DNA from: a virus
Lineage: Duplodnaviria; Caudoviricetes
Reading direction: 5' to 3' (one strand)
Length of the DNA: 37,423 nt
IMG/VR virus record: IMGVR_UViG_3300042934_000124
Location: 1-37,423 of that record
Shown here piece by piece: positions 25,836-35,158 of this stretch; the stretch's first letter is position 1; the number at the start of each line of letters is the position of its first letter. Position numbers and translations under genes: made by a program. The notes beneath the pieces are model-generated. The model was given only the letters and a program-made list of their open reading frames with translations, ran no database searches and was not told where the DNA came from.

Positions 25836-26175
25836 CGTCCCCATCTTCTTCAAATATGCTCTTTTGTGCTGCTTTTACCGATACCTCAACATATTCTCCA
25901 TCTCGCTCAACTATTGCATTTAGCGATGTCATGTTGCCTTTTTGCTTGCTCTCTCGCTTGCATGAAGAGTTTACCTTGTATGATAGGCTAGGCGCCTTTA
26001 GCGTATTGTCGTTTTCATTAGGTATAAGACTGAGGTCAAAACTTACTAAGATATGTCCTTTCTCAAAACCACCCTTGTATAAATCCTCAATCACTTCCTG
26101 TATTGCTGTATCAGCTGATTCAACCATTTCTTCAAACAGCGGACTATTTAATCCAATTTGCATTTCATTCTCCAT
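25828..26175 (-). CDS. Hypothetical protein
   Basis: 115 aa, GGAGG RBS. Confidence 0.7.
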   Translation of the reverse strand: MENEMQIGLNSPLFEEMVESADTAIQEVIEDLYKGGFEKGHILVSFDLSLIPNENDNTLKAPSLSYKVNSSCKRESKQKGNMTSLNAIVERDGEYVEVSVKAAQKSIFEEDGDDE

Positions 26176-26344
26176 TTTTGCTTACCTCCAATAGTTTATT
26201 TTCTGGTATCTTTTCAACCTTGAATCGCCATTTGTAGGCGTCTTTACCAATTTTATTGAATAATTGTTTCCATGCTCTGTTCTTGTATTTATCACATATA
26301 CCGAACTGAAATTCTTTTTTCACAGTATTGTAAATACCATACAT
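26165..26344 (-). CDS. 59-aa hypothetical protein (not in ORF track)
   Basis: MYGIYNTVKKEFQFGICDKYKNRAWKQLFNKIGKDAYKWRFKVEKIPENKLLEVSKNGE*; GAGG RBS. Confidence 0.7.
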   Translation of the reverse strand: MYGIYNTVKKEFQFGICDKYKNRAWKQLFNKIGKDAYKWRFKVEKIPENKLLEVSKNGE

Positions 26345-26349
26345 CTACA

Positions 26350-26613
26350 TTACCTCTTTCTTTTTTTTATGTTATTAATATTGCTTATGATTTCATAGGT
26401 AAATTCGTTGCAAAGTCCGAACCCCATTCCATTTGCAGCTTTCATGCCAAATAATCCATTTTGTGAATATACAAAGTATCTACCTTGATATTCTCTGAAA
26501 AATATTATTGTTGAAGTAGCATATACTATATCCCCTTCTTGTATTAAAACTCCGTTCTTGTCTTGAAAGTCTGAAACCTTGTTATTAGATACTGTTTTGA
26601 TAGATTTTGACAC
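26350..26613 (-). CDS. YopX-like protein (C-terminal part only)
   Basis: QDKNGVLIQEGDIV and EIISNI motifs. Confidence 0.6.
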   Translation of the reverse strand: MSKSIKTVSNNKVSDFQDKNGVLIQEGDIVYATSTIIFFREYQGRYFVYSQNGLFGMKAANGMGFGLCNEFTYEIISNINNIKKRKR

Positions 26614-27969
26614 TTAAATCACCTCGTTTCCATTTTTTTTATAAATTCTTCTTCTAACCGTGTACTGATTTTCGTAAAAGTCTGCTGCATCTACAAAGTC
26701 ATATACGACTGGCACTTCTTTTCCTTCCATTTCTCTCTCAATACGGCCAACTGCCTGTATAATAGTGGCCTTATCCTTGCGTGGCATAGCTAGAAATAAT
26801 CTATCTAGCCGCGGTATATCTAAACCTTCTTTTGCTAGTGCATATGTAGCGTATAATATGTGTACTAATCCTGCCTTTACTTGCGCTATACGCTGTTCTC
26901 TTACGTCTTTTTTGGTTTTGCCATCAATTATAACCCCTTGGCCTAATCGCTCTTGTAGGGCCTTTAAATTACTCAAACGGTCACTCAATACTAAGCAATA
27001 ATGTCCTTTATTCTCTTTAATGTGCTTAGCGATAAGATCGTTTCTAGCTTCATCATCTGCCATAACTCCGACTAATTTCGTGTAGTCGATAGTGCCATCC
27101 GTCTTTAGGCAATCTTCTTCTATCGTGAATGATGTTTGTATAGGCTGTATGATCGCTTTAATCGTGCGTACAACGTCTTTTGATACTTCTGTTATTACTT
27201 CACCTAAGAGACTAAACATAGCTTTCTCTGTGCCTTTTACGTTGCGGTACGGTGTAGCCGTAAGGCCTATCTTGTATCTAGCTGATAAGTGACTTAGTAC
27301 CTTGTAAAACATCTTAGCGTTTTTAGCTGTTCCGCATATCCTGTGTGATTCATCGACTATGATAACGTCCCATTCACTCTTATACTGTGTTAGGTCTGTG
27401 TTGCTTAGTGTCTGCACCGTAGCAAATGTGATATGCTTGCCTATCTGTATGCGCCCCTCGGATATGACGCCAAGTGATGCTCCGGGCATGTTATCCTTTG
27501 CTCTAGCCTTGGATTGATTAAGTAAGTCAAGTGTGTGAGTAATCCATAAAGCTTTAAACCCTAGCCTTGCGATTATCTCTAATGCTGTCTGCGTCTTACC
27601 GCTGCCAGCTGGCATTACTAGAATACCGTTCTTAGCTCGCAATACCTCCTTTATGGCTTCTTCTTGATAATCGTAAAGCTTTATAAGGCTGGCATAATCA
27701 CGCTTAACTGGCTCACTTATATTAATCATGTAATCGCTTTTGATTGGGTGTAGTATCCATAACTTATTCAAAAACCCGAAAGGCACGATCAAATCATCAT
27801 CATTTAGCTTGTAATATTTGTTTTCTCTTTCTGTCTTGTAATTTGATATGCCTAGCCGCTGGTTGTTTTGCCACTGTGGATTAGGTATTGTTAGCTCAGC
27901 TATAATTACCTTAGTCAATCCAGTAGGTGCGCCCTTGATAGTGATTTCATTGTCTACGATTATCTCCAA
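26614..27969 (-). CDS. SF2 DEAD/DEAH-box helicase
   Basis: PAGSGKT, VDESH, GLTATP, EGLDIP, QAVGRIER. Confidence 0.93.
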   Translation of the reverse strand: MEIIVDNEITIKGAPTGLTKVIIAELTIPNPQWQNNQRLGISNYKTERENKYYKLNDDDLIVPFGFLNKLWILHPIKSDYMINISEPVKRDYASLIKLYDYQEEAIKEVLRAKNGILVMPAGSGKTQTALEIIARLGFKALWITHTLDLLNQSKARAKDNMPGASLGVISEGRIQIGKHITFATVQTLSNTDLTQYKSEWDVIIVDESHRICGTAKNAKMFYKVLSHLSARYKIGLTATPYRNVKGTEKAMFSLLGEVITEVSKDVVRTIKAIIQPIQTSFTIEEDCLKTDGTIDYTKLVGVMADDEARNDLIAKHIKENKGHYCLVLSDRLSNLKALQERLGQGVIIDGKTKKDVREQRIAQVKAGLVHILYATYALAKEGLDIPRLDRLFLAMPRKDKATIIQAVGRIEREMEGKEVPVVYDFVDAADFYENQYTVRRRIYKKNGNEVI

Positions 27970-28367
27970 AAGTTACTCACCCACCTATCAATAGGCTCAA
28001 ATTGGCTTACATCTATCTGCTTTATCTTATCCTCCTTCTGACCTATTACTGCTGATGCGTGGGTCAATGTAATACCGCCTGGCGTTTTAAATACAAAGTA
28101 GCAATTCGTGTTACCTCTGGACATTGCTAGGTTAAACGCTGTCATCTGGTTACTTTCTACTCTGCTTAATTTAAAGATATTGCTCTTGCAAGTCTTGCAA
28201 TCGAACATGTATAGCTTATTGTCTTTAGCTGCTATCTTGTCGAATGGCTGAGAGCCATCCTTTTGGTTTGGATACATCGTATAAACCGTGTAGCCGTTAG
28301 CGAACATGATCTTGTCAAAATCATCTTCAAACTCATTTCCTATGGTTTTGTTATTTTTTCTCTCCAT
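27960..28367 (-). CDS. PD-(D/E)xK nuclease, Holliday junction resolvase-like
   Basis: GNEFE, QPFD, FDCKT. Confidence 0.72.
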   Translation of the reverse strand: MERKNNKTIGNEFEDDFDKIMFANGYTVYTMYPNQKDGSQPFDKIAAKDNKLYMFDCKTCKSNIFKLSRVESNQMTAFNLAMSRGNTNCYFVFKTPGGITLTHASAVIGQKEDKIKQIDVSQFEPIDRWVSNFWR

Positions 28368-28545
28368 CTTCTCTCCTTTTCATGTAATTAGTAAGTGCTA
28401 CTAATATCTCAACGCAAAGTTCGCTTTCTGGATGTTTTCCAGACACCTCATATATTCCTTGTGACCACATGGGCCAGTCTGTTTTATCTTTGTGCTGCTT
28501 ATATAAGTTAAATGTGTCCCTGAATATTCCTGGCACATCATCCAT
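28351..28545 (-). CDS. Hypothetical protein
   Basis: 64 aa, AAGGAGGT RBS. Confidence 0.7.
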   Translation of the reverse strand: MDDVPGIFRDTFNLYKQHKDKTDWPMWSQGIYEVSGKHPESELCVEILVALTNYMKRREDGEKK

Positions 28546-28556
28546 GAGACACCTCC

Positions 28557-28976
28557 TTAAAATGGCATATCATCTTCTTCATCATCTACACTGAATGCTT
28601 GTGCTGGTGCAGTATTTGTTGGTGCTGATTGTTGCGGAGCATTACTTTCGGATGTAGCTCTGCTTTCTGCAAAATGTTGTTCTTCTGCCACAACATCTAC
28701 AGAGGTATGTTTTACTTTTTGTTGGTCTTCCCAATTGTTTACTTGAAGTCTGCCAACTATAGAGACCATCTGGCCTTTTCTAAAGTATTTCTCCGCAAAT
28801 TCTCCGGCTTTTCCAAATGCTACTATGTTAAAGAAGTCAACGTCTTGCTCTCCTTGTTTATGAAATTGTCTCCTAACTGCTAATCCATATCTTGCTACTG
28901 CTACCGGATTAGCTGATTGGGAATATCTTACCTCAGGGTCTCTTGTTAATCTTCCCATTAAGATTGCTTTATTCAT
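28557..28976 (-). CDS. ssb: Single-stranded DNA-binding protein
   Basis: MNKAILMGRLTRDPE...acidic tail DDMPF; start reassigned to 28976. Confidence 0.96.
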   Translation of the reverse strand: MNKAILMGRLTRDPEVRYSQSANPVAVARYGLAVRRQFHKQGEQDVDFFNIVAFGKAGEFAEKYFRKGQMVSIVGRLQVNNWEDQQKVKHTSVDVVAEEQHFAESRATSESNAPQQSAPTNTAPAQAFSVDDEEDDMPF

Positions 28977-29622
28977 TATTATCTCCCTTCTTAGCTGCTG
29001 CTTGCTCGTATGCAGCACACACATCATCGTATTGCTTCTTTGTCATTGCGCTTACTTCTACGTTGTAAGCTTTAAGCACTTGCGCTTTTACTTTATCTGC
29101 TGATTTCCCAGCAGTGTTAGCTATGGCGTAAAGCCTTGATAATTGTGCCGGAGTTAGTCCGCTTGTGGCTGGCTTACCTTGTTGTTGACTCGCACCTGAT
29201 TGCGGCTTATTGCTACCTTTTTTATCATTGTTGCTTGCTGCGTTGCCATCGTCATCCTCGTCACTCGCTAGACCTAATGCTGCTGCTAGAGAATATCTTC
29301 TAGCATATGTTATGGCACTTCCAGCGCCTTGTGCTGTTTGCTTATCTGCTTTAAGTGTTAATGGGCCTATCTCTACCCACTCACCGCTGCTATGCATTAA
29401 TAGCGTTGTTACGCTTATATTGAGACCATCACCATCACACGATTGGATGTAGCTAAGTCCATTCTCTTTGAGTATTGGTTTGGCTGTATCAACTAATGTA
29501 TCCAGCGGTGTATATTTGCTCTTGAAGAATGGGTTATCTGCACTCTTTGGTGGGTTAGTTACTTTTCCTTGGAATGCGCTTAGCGCTGCGGCTAAATTCT
29601 TGATACTTTCTGATTTTTGCAT
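28969..29622 (-). CDS. erf: ERF-family single-strand annealing protein
   Basis: NPFFKSKY, GSAITYARRYSL..DDDGN. Confidence 0.92.
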   Translation of the reverse strand: MQKSESIKNLAAALSAFQGKVTNPPKSADNPFFKSKYTPLDTLVDTAKPILKENGLSYIQSCDGDGLNISVTTLLMHSSGEWVEIGPLTLKADKQTAQGAGSAITYARRYSLAAALGLASDEDDDGNAASNNDKKGSNKPQSGASQQQGKPATSGLTPAQLSRLYAIANTAGKSADKVKAQVLKAYNVEVSAMTKKQYDDVCAAYEQAAAKKGDNNE

Positions 29623-29867
29623 CTGCTATCCTCCTTATTTTCTAGTAGTTCCTTGCATTTTGCCAACACATACAAGTAGTCGTTTTCTATTAGTGTGTAG
29701 TCTAAGCTTAGTGTCACTTTTTCTTGTGTCATATAATATCCATCTTCATGTATGACCAATTTGATTGTTTCAGATAATGCATCGTAGCTGAATAATATGC
29801 GATGTTCTGTGGTGGAGTTTACTGTGAATATAACTCCCATTAACCGTTCAAACTTTTCTCTATCCAT
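29592..29867 (-). CDS. Hypothetical protein
   Basis: 91 aa, AGGAGG RBS. Confidence 0.65.
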   Translation of the reverse strand: MDREKFERLMGVIFTVNSTTEHRILFSYDALSETIKLVIHEDGYYMTQEKVTLSLDYTLIENDYLYVLAKCKELLENKEDSRCKNQKVSRI

Positions 29868-29879
29868 ACACGCCTCCTA

Positions 29880-31319
29880 TTAAAGTTCGTGTTTTGTATT
29901 CACTGCGTTGTTTTCGGTGTCCATTGTTATAGTGATAAAGGCTTGAATGTCGTTAGATTCGCAAAGCTCAACTATCTTTTTCTGCTCAGATTCGTTAAGT
30001 TTTTCAAATCCATCTAAGCATATTACTCTTAGCTCGCCCATTCTTTGCAATGCTATCTTGAATGCTGCTTCTAACTTTTCACCATCTGAAAGGCCATCAA
30101 GCAACGTGCCATTGATGCGTATCATTGAGTTTTCATCTACACTTATTCCATCTATAGGTAACTTGTGTTTCTGCAATATTTCGCTAGGTTTGCTTCTGGC
30201 AGTGTCTATCATCTTGCTAAGTTTTTCGCTCCTAGCGATTTCATCCTTAAGCACTCCTGTTTTGATGGTGTTCATTCTCTCCCACTCTCTGAGATAAGAT
30301 TGCATTTTTAATATGTTGTCTATCTCGGCTTCGATAGGTTTTATATCTGTAATGCTATTTGATTCAATATACTTAGCTGCTTTTTCCACTCTAGTTTTTT
30401 CCTTACTTATCAGTTCTTCTTTTTCCATGTTTATGTCTCTTATTTTTGCTTCTTCGATTTCTCTCAGCTGTTCAAGATTGTTTTCTTGTATAGCTATTTT
30501 GCTTCTGAGATTTGCGATCTCATCCCTTATTGATTGAGCGTGGTCTATGCTATCCGCTTTCACATTTGCTATCTTGTTTCTGGCAGATATAGATATGTTT
30601 TCTATTGATATGTCGATGCTGTCCTTAAGCCTGTTTGCTTCGGCTATAAGATTATTAACTTTTTGAGCTTCTGAGATTTCATCGTAATAAAGCTTAAGAC
30701 TTACATCTTTCCATTCATCACCATCATAATTTGGTGGGAGAGTCTTTTCTATGCCTGAAACTTGATTTTTTAGCGTTGTTATGCTTCTGTTTGCATCTTG
30801 TCTCTCCGTGTAACATGTTGTCTCTATATCCTTTAAAGTTTGTAGTAAGTGTTTAGACGTATCAATGTTTATCCCTTCACCAAACCATTGTTTAATATCA
30901 TCTTCGCTGTATTCCATTTTTATCATGTTGAGTATGATGGCTGTTTGCTCTGATTGCTTCATGCCTATGAAATCCAGCGGTCTAAAAATATCGCCGCTTA
31001 ATAGCTTTCTTATTTCTGACTCCGTAGACTTAACAGACTCGCCTGTCTTGTTTAGCTTGAAGTAATCAGATTTTTGAGCCCTGAGCTTTCTATTTATTTC
31101 AAGCCCATTATCTAGTTCTACGAAAAGAGTAGCTTCATCCTCGCCGTGTTTAATCACCTCTGTTCTTCTCTTGGTGTTAGTTATAGCTGCTTCAATAGCT
31201 TCAAGTATCGATGATTTTCCGGCCCCTTTAGCTCCTGTAAAAATATTGATACCGGATGGTGAAAAGTTAAACTCATCTATTCCTAAAAAATTGGTTACTT
31301 TAATCGCTTTGATTTTCAT
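29880..31319 (-). CDS. SMC/Rad50-like ATPase
   Basis: NFLGI, GAKGAGKSS Walker A, coiled coil, LSDGE signature. Confidence 0.85.
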   Translation of the reverse strand: MKIKAIKVTNFLGIDEFNFSPSGINIFTGAKGAGKSSILEAIEAAITNTKRRTEVIKHGEDEATLFVELDNGLEINRKLRAQKSDYFKLNKTGESVKSTESEIRKLLSGDIFRPLDFIGMKQSEQTAIILNMIKMEYSEDDIKQWFGEGINIDTSKHLLQTLKDIETTCYTERQDANRSITTLKNQVSGIEKTLPPNYDGDEWKDVSLKLYYDEISEAQKVNNLIAEANRLKDSIDISIENISISARNKIANVKADSIDHAQSIRDEIANLRSKIAIQENNLEQLREIEEAKIRDINMEKEELISKEKTRVEKAAKYIESNSITDIKPIEAEIDNILKMQSYLREWERMNTIKTGVLKDEIARSEKLSKMIDTARSKPSEILQKHKLPIDGISVDENSMIRINGTLLDGLSDGEKLEAAFKIALQRMGELRVICLDGFEKLNESEQKKIVELCESNDIQAFITITMDTENNAVNTKHEL

Positions 31320-31339
31320 ACAATTCTCCTTTTAATGTG

Positions 31340-31582
31340 TTATTTTTTGCACCATCTATGGTATGCATCTACCGCTATAGTGCCGTGACCGTTTTTGTTT
31401 TCTATATATCTAGCATCTTGCTCAAGTATTGCCTTTCCGCATTTCAAGCAGTATCCAGCGAAATGATGATTGCCTACCGTAAAACATTTATTCTTTTTAA
31501 GTATCTCTATGTAAGCTTTTTCATCATCCGTAAATTGCTCAGCTGTTTCTATAATTCCTTCCTCTATATTAAGCACCTTCAT
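31340..31582 (-). CDS. Hypothetical protein (CxxC/HxxC)
   Basis: 80 aa, AAGGAGG RBS. Confidence 0.7.
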   Translation of the reverse strand: MKVLNIEEGIIETAEQFTDDEKAYIEILKKNKCFTVGNHHFAGYCLKCGKAILEQDARYIENKNGHGTIAVDAYHRWCKK

Positions 31583-31592
31583 TTATGCCTCC

Positions 31593-31808
31593 TTACCTTA
31601 AACTTCCTTTATACGTTCTATTTGGGTTTCTGTTTCTCTTAGAATGTCTTGCGTAACTCTCTACCAAGATGCCGTTTTTATTGTAAAAGTCATTCTTTCT
31701 TTGCTTCTTTAATTCGTTCTCGGCTTGCCAGTCTATATATTTTTTACACATGCCATGGCAACCTACAAATCTATCACTCTCTGAACATGTAAAACATGGA
31801 GAACACAT
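31593..31808 (-). CDS. Cys-rich hypothetical protein
   Basis: PCFTC..R..GCH..C..Y..W. Confidence 0.7.
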   Translation of the reverse strand: MCSPCFTCSESDRFVGCHGMCKKYIDWQAENELKKQRKNDFYNKNGILVESYARHSKRNRNPNRTYKGSLR

Positions 31809-31816
31809 ATCGTCAC

Positions 31817-31996
31817 CTACTTTTTGAAGCTAAATAGCTTCTTGAACAATGATTTCTTTTGATGAACTTTTTTGCTTGCAGCCTTTAATCCGCCTACTCT
31901 TAATTTATTTTTAATGTTTTTGTAAATCTTGCTTAGCTGTCCGTTGCCGTGCTTTCTTCTTAATACTTCTCTTTCTAAGCTTCTCAATGTTGCCAT
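31817..31996 (-). CDS. 59-aa highly basic protein (not in ORF track)
   Basis: MATLRSLEREVLRRKHGNGQLSKIYKNIKNKLRVGGLKAASKKVHQKKSLFKKLFSFKK*; AGGGGTG RBS. Confidence 0.7.
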   Translation of the reverse strand: MATLRSLEREVLRRKHGNGQLSKIYKNIKNKLRVGGLKAASKKVHQKKSLFKKLFSFKK

Positions 31997-32081
31997 TTAC
32001 AAACACCCCTTTTCGTTGTATAATGCGCCTATAAGTTGTTTTCTTTGTTCCTACTGATTCCCGTCAGTAGGTTCTTTTTTT
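31996..32081 (+). ncRNA. Candidate antisense small RNA unit (promoter, about 50-nt transcript, terminator)
   Basis: TTTACA-17-TATAAT (31996-32024); CCTACTGA/TCAGTAGG hairpin (32050-32071) followed by TTCTTTTTTT. Confidence 0.6.
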
Positions 32082-32410
32082 ATTTGAGATATGGTTTTAA
32101 GTGCTACTGCTCTTATCTGTAAGGCTTCATGCATTGTCTCTAATGCTGAAAATGCTATCAACTCCATGTGCTTATTCATTTCTACTGCATCTGCATTCAT
32201 GCGTATTAGTTGAAAGAAATTCCACACATACTGTTTTGTCATTGCTAGTGCTTCTTCTGTCTCTTCAAGTTCCTCTAGTAGTAATGTAAAAGCTGCTTCA
32301 TAACTTTCTATGCTAGGCTTCTCAGTTAAGTTGTGTAACACCTCGTGACTAGATGCTGTCTTTAGTAATTCATCAATAAAGCCGTCATGATCTTCTTTCT
32401 TTTGTGTCAT
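32051..32410 (-). CDS. Hypothetical alpha-helical protein
   Basis: 119 aa, AAGGAG RBS. Confidence 0.7.
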   Translation of the reverse strand: MTQKKEDHDGFIDELLKTASSHEVLHNLTEKPSIESYEAAFTLLLEELEETEEALAMTKQYVWNFFQLIRMNADAVEMNKHMELIAFSALETMHEALQIRAVALKTISQIKKEPTDGNQ

Positions 32411-32591
32411 CTATACACTCCTTCCATAATGATTTGATTTGACTAATTAGTAGTATGATTAATATAGTGAGTGGAATAAGTAACCATTCACCACCTACCG
32501 CTAAGTAACCTCTGGTTTGGTATGATTGTACTACCATGCATGGTGTTGCTAATACTGATAAGATAACTAAAATATTAGATAGTTTCTTCAT
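32385..32591 (-). CDS. Small two-TM membrane protein
   Basis: RGYLAVGGEWLL motif between hydrophobic segments. Confidence 0.7.
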   Translation of the reverse strand: MKKLSNILVILSVLATPCMVVQSYQTRGYLAVGGEWLLIPLTILIILLISQIKSLWKECIDDTKERRS

Positions 32592-32856
32592 TTGTGAGGT
32601 TCCCTTCTACGTATTCGTAGTATTCGGTTTCACAACACATTTTTATCGTTTCTTTTTCTGAGAAAACCCTTTTCCAAAATCCCTCTTCATCTCGGGTTGC
32701 TATTGTTGGCTCTCCAAGTGAAATAACGCTTTCAACTGTTTCAATTGATTCTCTTAATTCTTCTTTTTTCCATGCTCTGCCTATTCTGTTAACAATAACC
32801 TTAGTTCCCAATGGCAAACCTATCACATCGTAAGCTGTCAATCGTTTACCTTTCAT
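32575..32856 (-). CDS. Hypothetical protein
   Basis: 93 aa, AGGAGG RBS. Confidence 0.7.
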   Translation of the reverse strand: MKGKRLTAYDVIGLPLGTKVIVNRIGRAWKKEELRESIETVESVISLGEPTIATRDEEGFWKRVFSEKETIKMCCETEYYEYVEGNLTNEETI

Positions 32857-33057
32857 ACAATACCTCCTATGGTTTTTAATAAACTTTTCTTCCTTGATAT
32901 CATCTGGAAATTTGAAAACAACCCATCTTCTTCTAAGCCTGTATTGAGATACAATAGAGTGAGAAAAGCCTCTTCGGAATTATTAATAATCCCCGGGTCT
33001 ATCACTATTTCATTTTTTTAGCGTATCAATAATCAAAAACTCGTAATCTTCTTCCAT
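32853..33057 (-). pseudogene. 67-aa gene frameshifted at an A7 run
   Basis: 205 nt from coupled ATG (TAATG) to coupled stop (ATGA); deleting one A from 33013-33019 gives an uninterrupted ORF. Confidence 0.7.
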
Positions 33058-33269
33058 TACCATGCACACCCTTCCGGTATAAATTTATATTCTCTTGGGT
33101 TATCCCCTCTTTTGTACATGGCTTCTTCAATTTTTCCTATTACTGCGAATCTGGAGTAACTTTCTACCTCAAAGCTGCTGCTAGTATATTGCCTTACAGT
33201 TACTTCCCATATGTTTTCACTGTCAGATTTTCTTTTGTACCAGACCTCCTTGTCACCAAACAATCTCAT
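33057..33269 (-). CDS. Hypothetical protein
   Basis: 70 aa, AAGGTG RBS. Confidence 0.65.
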   Translation of the reverse strand: MRLFGDKEVWYKRKSDSENIWEVTVRQYTSSSFEVESYSRFAVIGKIEEAMYKRGDNPREYKFIPEGCAW

Positions 33270-33519
33270 ACACCTTATTACTAAGGCTCAATAAGTCTTG
33301 GTCAATCTCACTTTTATACTTGATTAGTTGCAATAGAGCTAATGTTGATATGCTATTTAGATGCTCTAATTCAGCCTGTGTTGGAATTAATAATGTCGGT
33401 GGTATATCTGTCAAATAATCATCGTCTAGCTTCAAGTCGGTGTAAAATATAACTGCTGAACCATCCATATTACTATCATCTTTAGTAAGGAATTCATATT
33501 TCGTTGGCATAAAATCCAT
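33253..33519 (-). CDS. Hypothetical protein
   Basis: 88 aa, AAAGGAG RBS. Confidence 0.65.
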   Translation of the reverse strand: MDFMPTKYEFLTKDDSNMDGSAVIFYTDLKLDDDYLTDIPPTLLIPTQAELEHLNSISTLALLQLIKYKSEIDQDLLSLSNKVYEIVW

Positions 33520-33546
33520 GATTGAATCTCCTTTACTTTTAAGTTT

Positions 33547-33735
33547 TTATTTTTCTTCCAATACTTCTTTGATTCCTAATATTTTTCCTTGCAGTATAGC
33601 TGCATCTGTGTGCATGTCATTGATATCTAACATGCTTACTCTATCTGAGATAGATTTGCTAATCAGTTTGAATTTTTCATCTAGCAATACTTCAAGTCTT
33701 TCTAATTTGATTCTTACAGATTCTTCATTCAGCAT
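33547..33735 (-). CDS. Hypothetical coiled-coil protein (likely paralog of 33725-33910)
   Basis: MLNEES..KLERLE..LD. Confidence 0.7.
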   Translation of the reverse strand: MLNEESVRIKLERLEVLLDEKFKLISKSISDRVSMLDINDMHTDAAILQGKILGIKEVLEEK

Positions 33736-33910
33736 CCTGCACCTCCAAAAATTCTTTGTATGCGTCTATCTTTGCTTGTTTTATGTCTATATCTAATTGA
33801 TACATAGCTAGAATGTCTTTGCTAAAATGTTGGCTCTTACATCTTTTGATATAATCCAAATCAATTTCTAATATTTCCAATTTTCTTATAGCTGCTTCTT
33901 CACTTAACAT
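33725..33910 (-). CDS. Hypothetical coiled-coil protein
   Basis: MLSEEA..KLEILE..LD. Confidence 0.7.
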   Translation of the reverse strand: MLSEEAAIRKLEILEIDLDYIKRCKSQHFSKDILAMYQLDIDIKQAKIDAYKEFLEVQDAE

Positions 33911-34224
33911 TAATATCCCTCCTTTTCTTCTAGCTCTTGTAATTCCTCTACTAGAGCCATATTTGCGAGTGTGTGGCCTTCTAACTTTTCATCCTCTGTT
34001 ATATCAAACATTACCTCTATCTCTCTAAGTGCTAGTGCTAAGTCACCATGCAGCCTTATAATTGATTTTCTCTCACATTCTTTGTCTCTTGAGTATTTAG
34101 CTAGCATACTTTGTGCTCTAGCAAATAATACGATCATATCCATTGCAGTAGCGTAAGCACCTTTTTGTATTACTAGCGCTTTCCACGCTGGGTTATCTTG
34201 AGTAACTGTTTGATATAGATTCAT
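33910..34224 (-). CDS. Hypothetical protein
   Basis: 104 aa, AAGGGGG RBS. Confidence 0.7.
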   Translation of the reverse strand: MNLYQTVTQDNPAWKALVIQKGAYATAMDMIVLFARAQSMLAKYSRDKECERKSIIRLHGDLALALREIEVMFDITEDEKLEGHTLANMALVEELQELEEKEGY

Positions 34225-34237
34225 ACTAAATCCCCCT

Positions 34238-34531
34238 TTATTGTTCGATGTTGTCTGCTACTATTTCACAAATGACATTGTAAAGCTTTTCTGCCACGCT
34301 AGGCTCTTTGGTGTCTTGATTTTCTATTACTTTTTTCTCTTCATTTATTATTCCTAACTCAGCTAAGCAATCAGGACAAAGCTCATAGCTTTTGTATTCA
34401 GAGTATTTCTGAGATGGTAAATCTATCTCCATGGCTACTTTTCCGTAAGTAAAGTTTGAGCCATATCCCGTATCAAAAGCTTCCCCTTTTCCGCATCTAT
34501 CGCATGTTATAATTACTTGACTCCTTCTCAC
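34238..34531 (-). CDS. Hypothetical Zn-ribbon protein
   Basis: CDRCGK...ELCPDC. Confidence 0.7.
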   Translation of the reverse strand: MRRSQVIITCDRCGKGEAFDTGYGSNFTYGKVAMEIDLPSQKYSEYKSYELCPDCLAELGIINEEKKVIENQDTKEPSVAEKLYNVICEIVADNIEQ

Positions 34532-34548
34532 GATAAATCCCCCTTATT

Positions 34549-34821
34549 TCATATTTTCATTGCTTCTCTAAGGCTTTCACCTGTTATCCTAATGCATCCC
34601 AATTTATGAGATTCTAACTCACCCCTTCTTATCATTTGCCTTATTGTCTGAGGGCATTTACCGAGTATCTCAGCAACCTCAGCGACCGTATAAGATGTTC
34701 TATCTAACTTCTTCAAATTACCAGTTTCTTCAAGCTTCAATAGCCTTGCGTCTTGTGACTTCACTTTTTTCTTTAACGCATCAATCTCTGACAACAATAA
34801 TTCTTCTTGTGCTTTTGTCAA
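34549..34821 (-). CDS. xis: Excisionase-like HTH protein
   Basis: YTVAEVAEILG..QTIRQMIRRGEL..KLG..RI. Confidence 0.8.
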   Translation of the reverse strand: MTKAQEELLLSEIDALKKKVKSQDARLLKLEETGNLKKLDRTSYTVAEVAEILGKCPQTIRQMIRRGELESHKLGCIRITGESLREAMKI

Positions 34822-34827
34822 TCAGCA

Positions 34828-35040
34828 TCACTCTCCTTTTACAAGTGAGTCAATTGTTACTCCGAAATAATCAGCCACTTTGCGAATATTTTCGCATGTT
34901 GGAGATACAGTGACCCATCTTGATACTGTGCCGGAGCCTAATCCAACTTCTAACTCAAGTCTTGATAAGTTCGTTCCATGCTTTATGCAAAGTATTTTAA
35001 TTCTGTCTACTAGCGTGATATCTCTTTCTGTCAATGTCAT
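34828..35040 (-). CDS. Cro-like XRE HTH regulator
   Basis: HTH; first gene of the lytic operon, opposite the repressor. Confidence 0.88.
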   Translation of the reverse strand: MTLTERDITLVDRIKILCIKHGTNLSRLELEVGLGSGTVSRWVTVSPTCENIRKVADYFGVTIDSLVKGE

Positions 35041-35129
35041 TTATTCGACTCTCCTCCCTTTTTCTTGCATGTAAGTATATTATTTTCTTAATTTACATGC
35101 ATATTTTTTGAATTTATTCAGCAAAACAG

Positions 35130-35158
35130 TTGATTTTCAGAACAAAGTATGATAATAT
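35130..35158 (+). promoter_or_regulatory. Lysogenic (repressor) promoter
   Basis: TTGATT-17-TAATAT with TG extension. Confidence 0.55.

Noticed and set aside
31321-31334. CAAT-tctcc-TTTTA at a gene junction
   Set aside because: Spacer is 5 nt and the sequence is the RBS itself
803-35074. Many + strand ORFs in the track
   Set aside because: Antisense shadows of well-supported minus-strand genes, with no recognisable motifs
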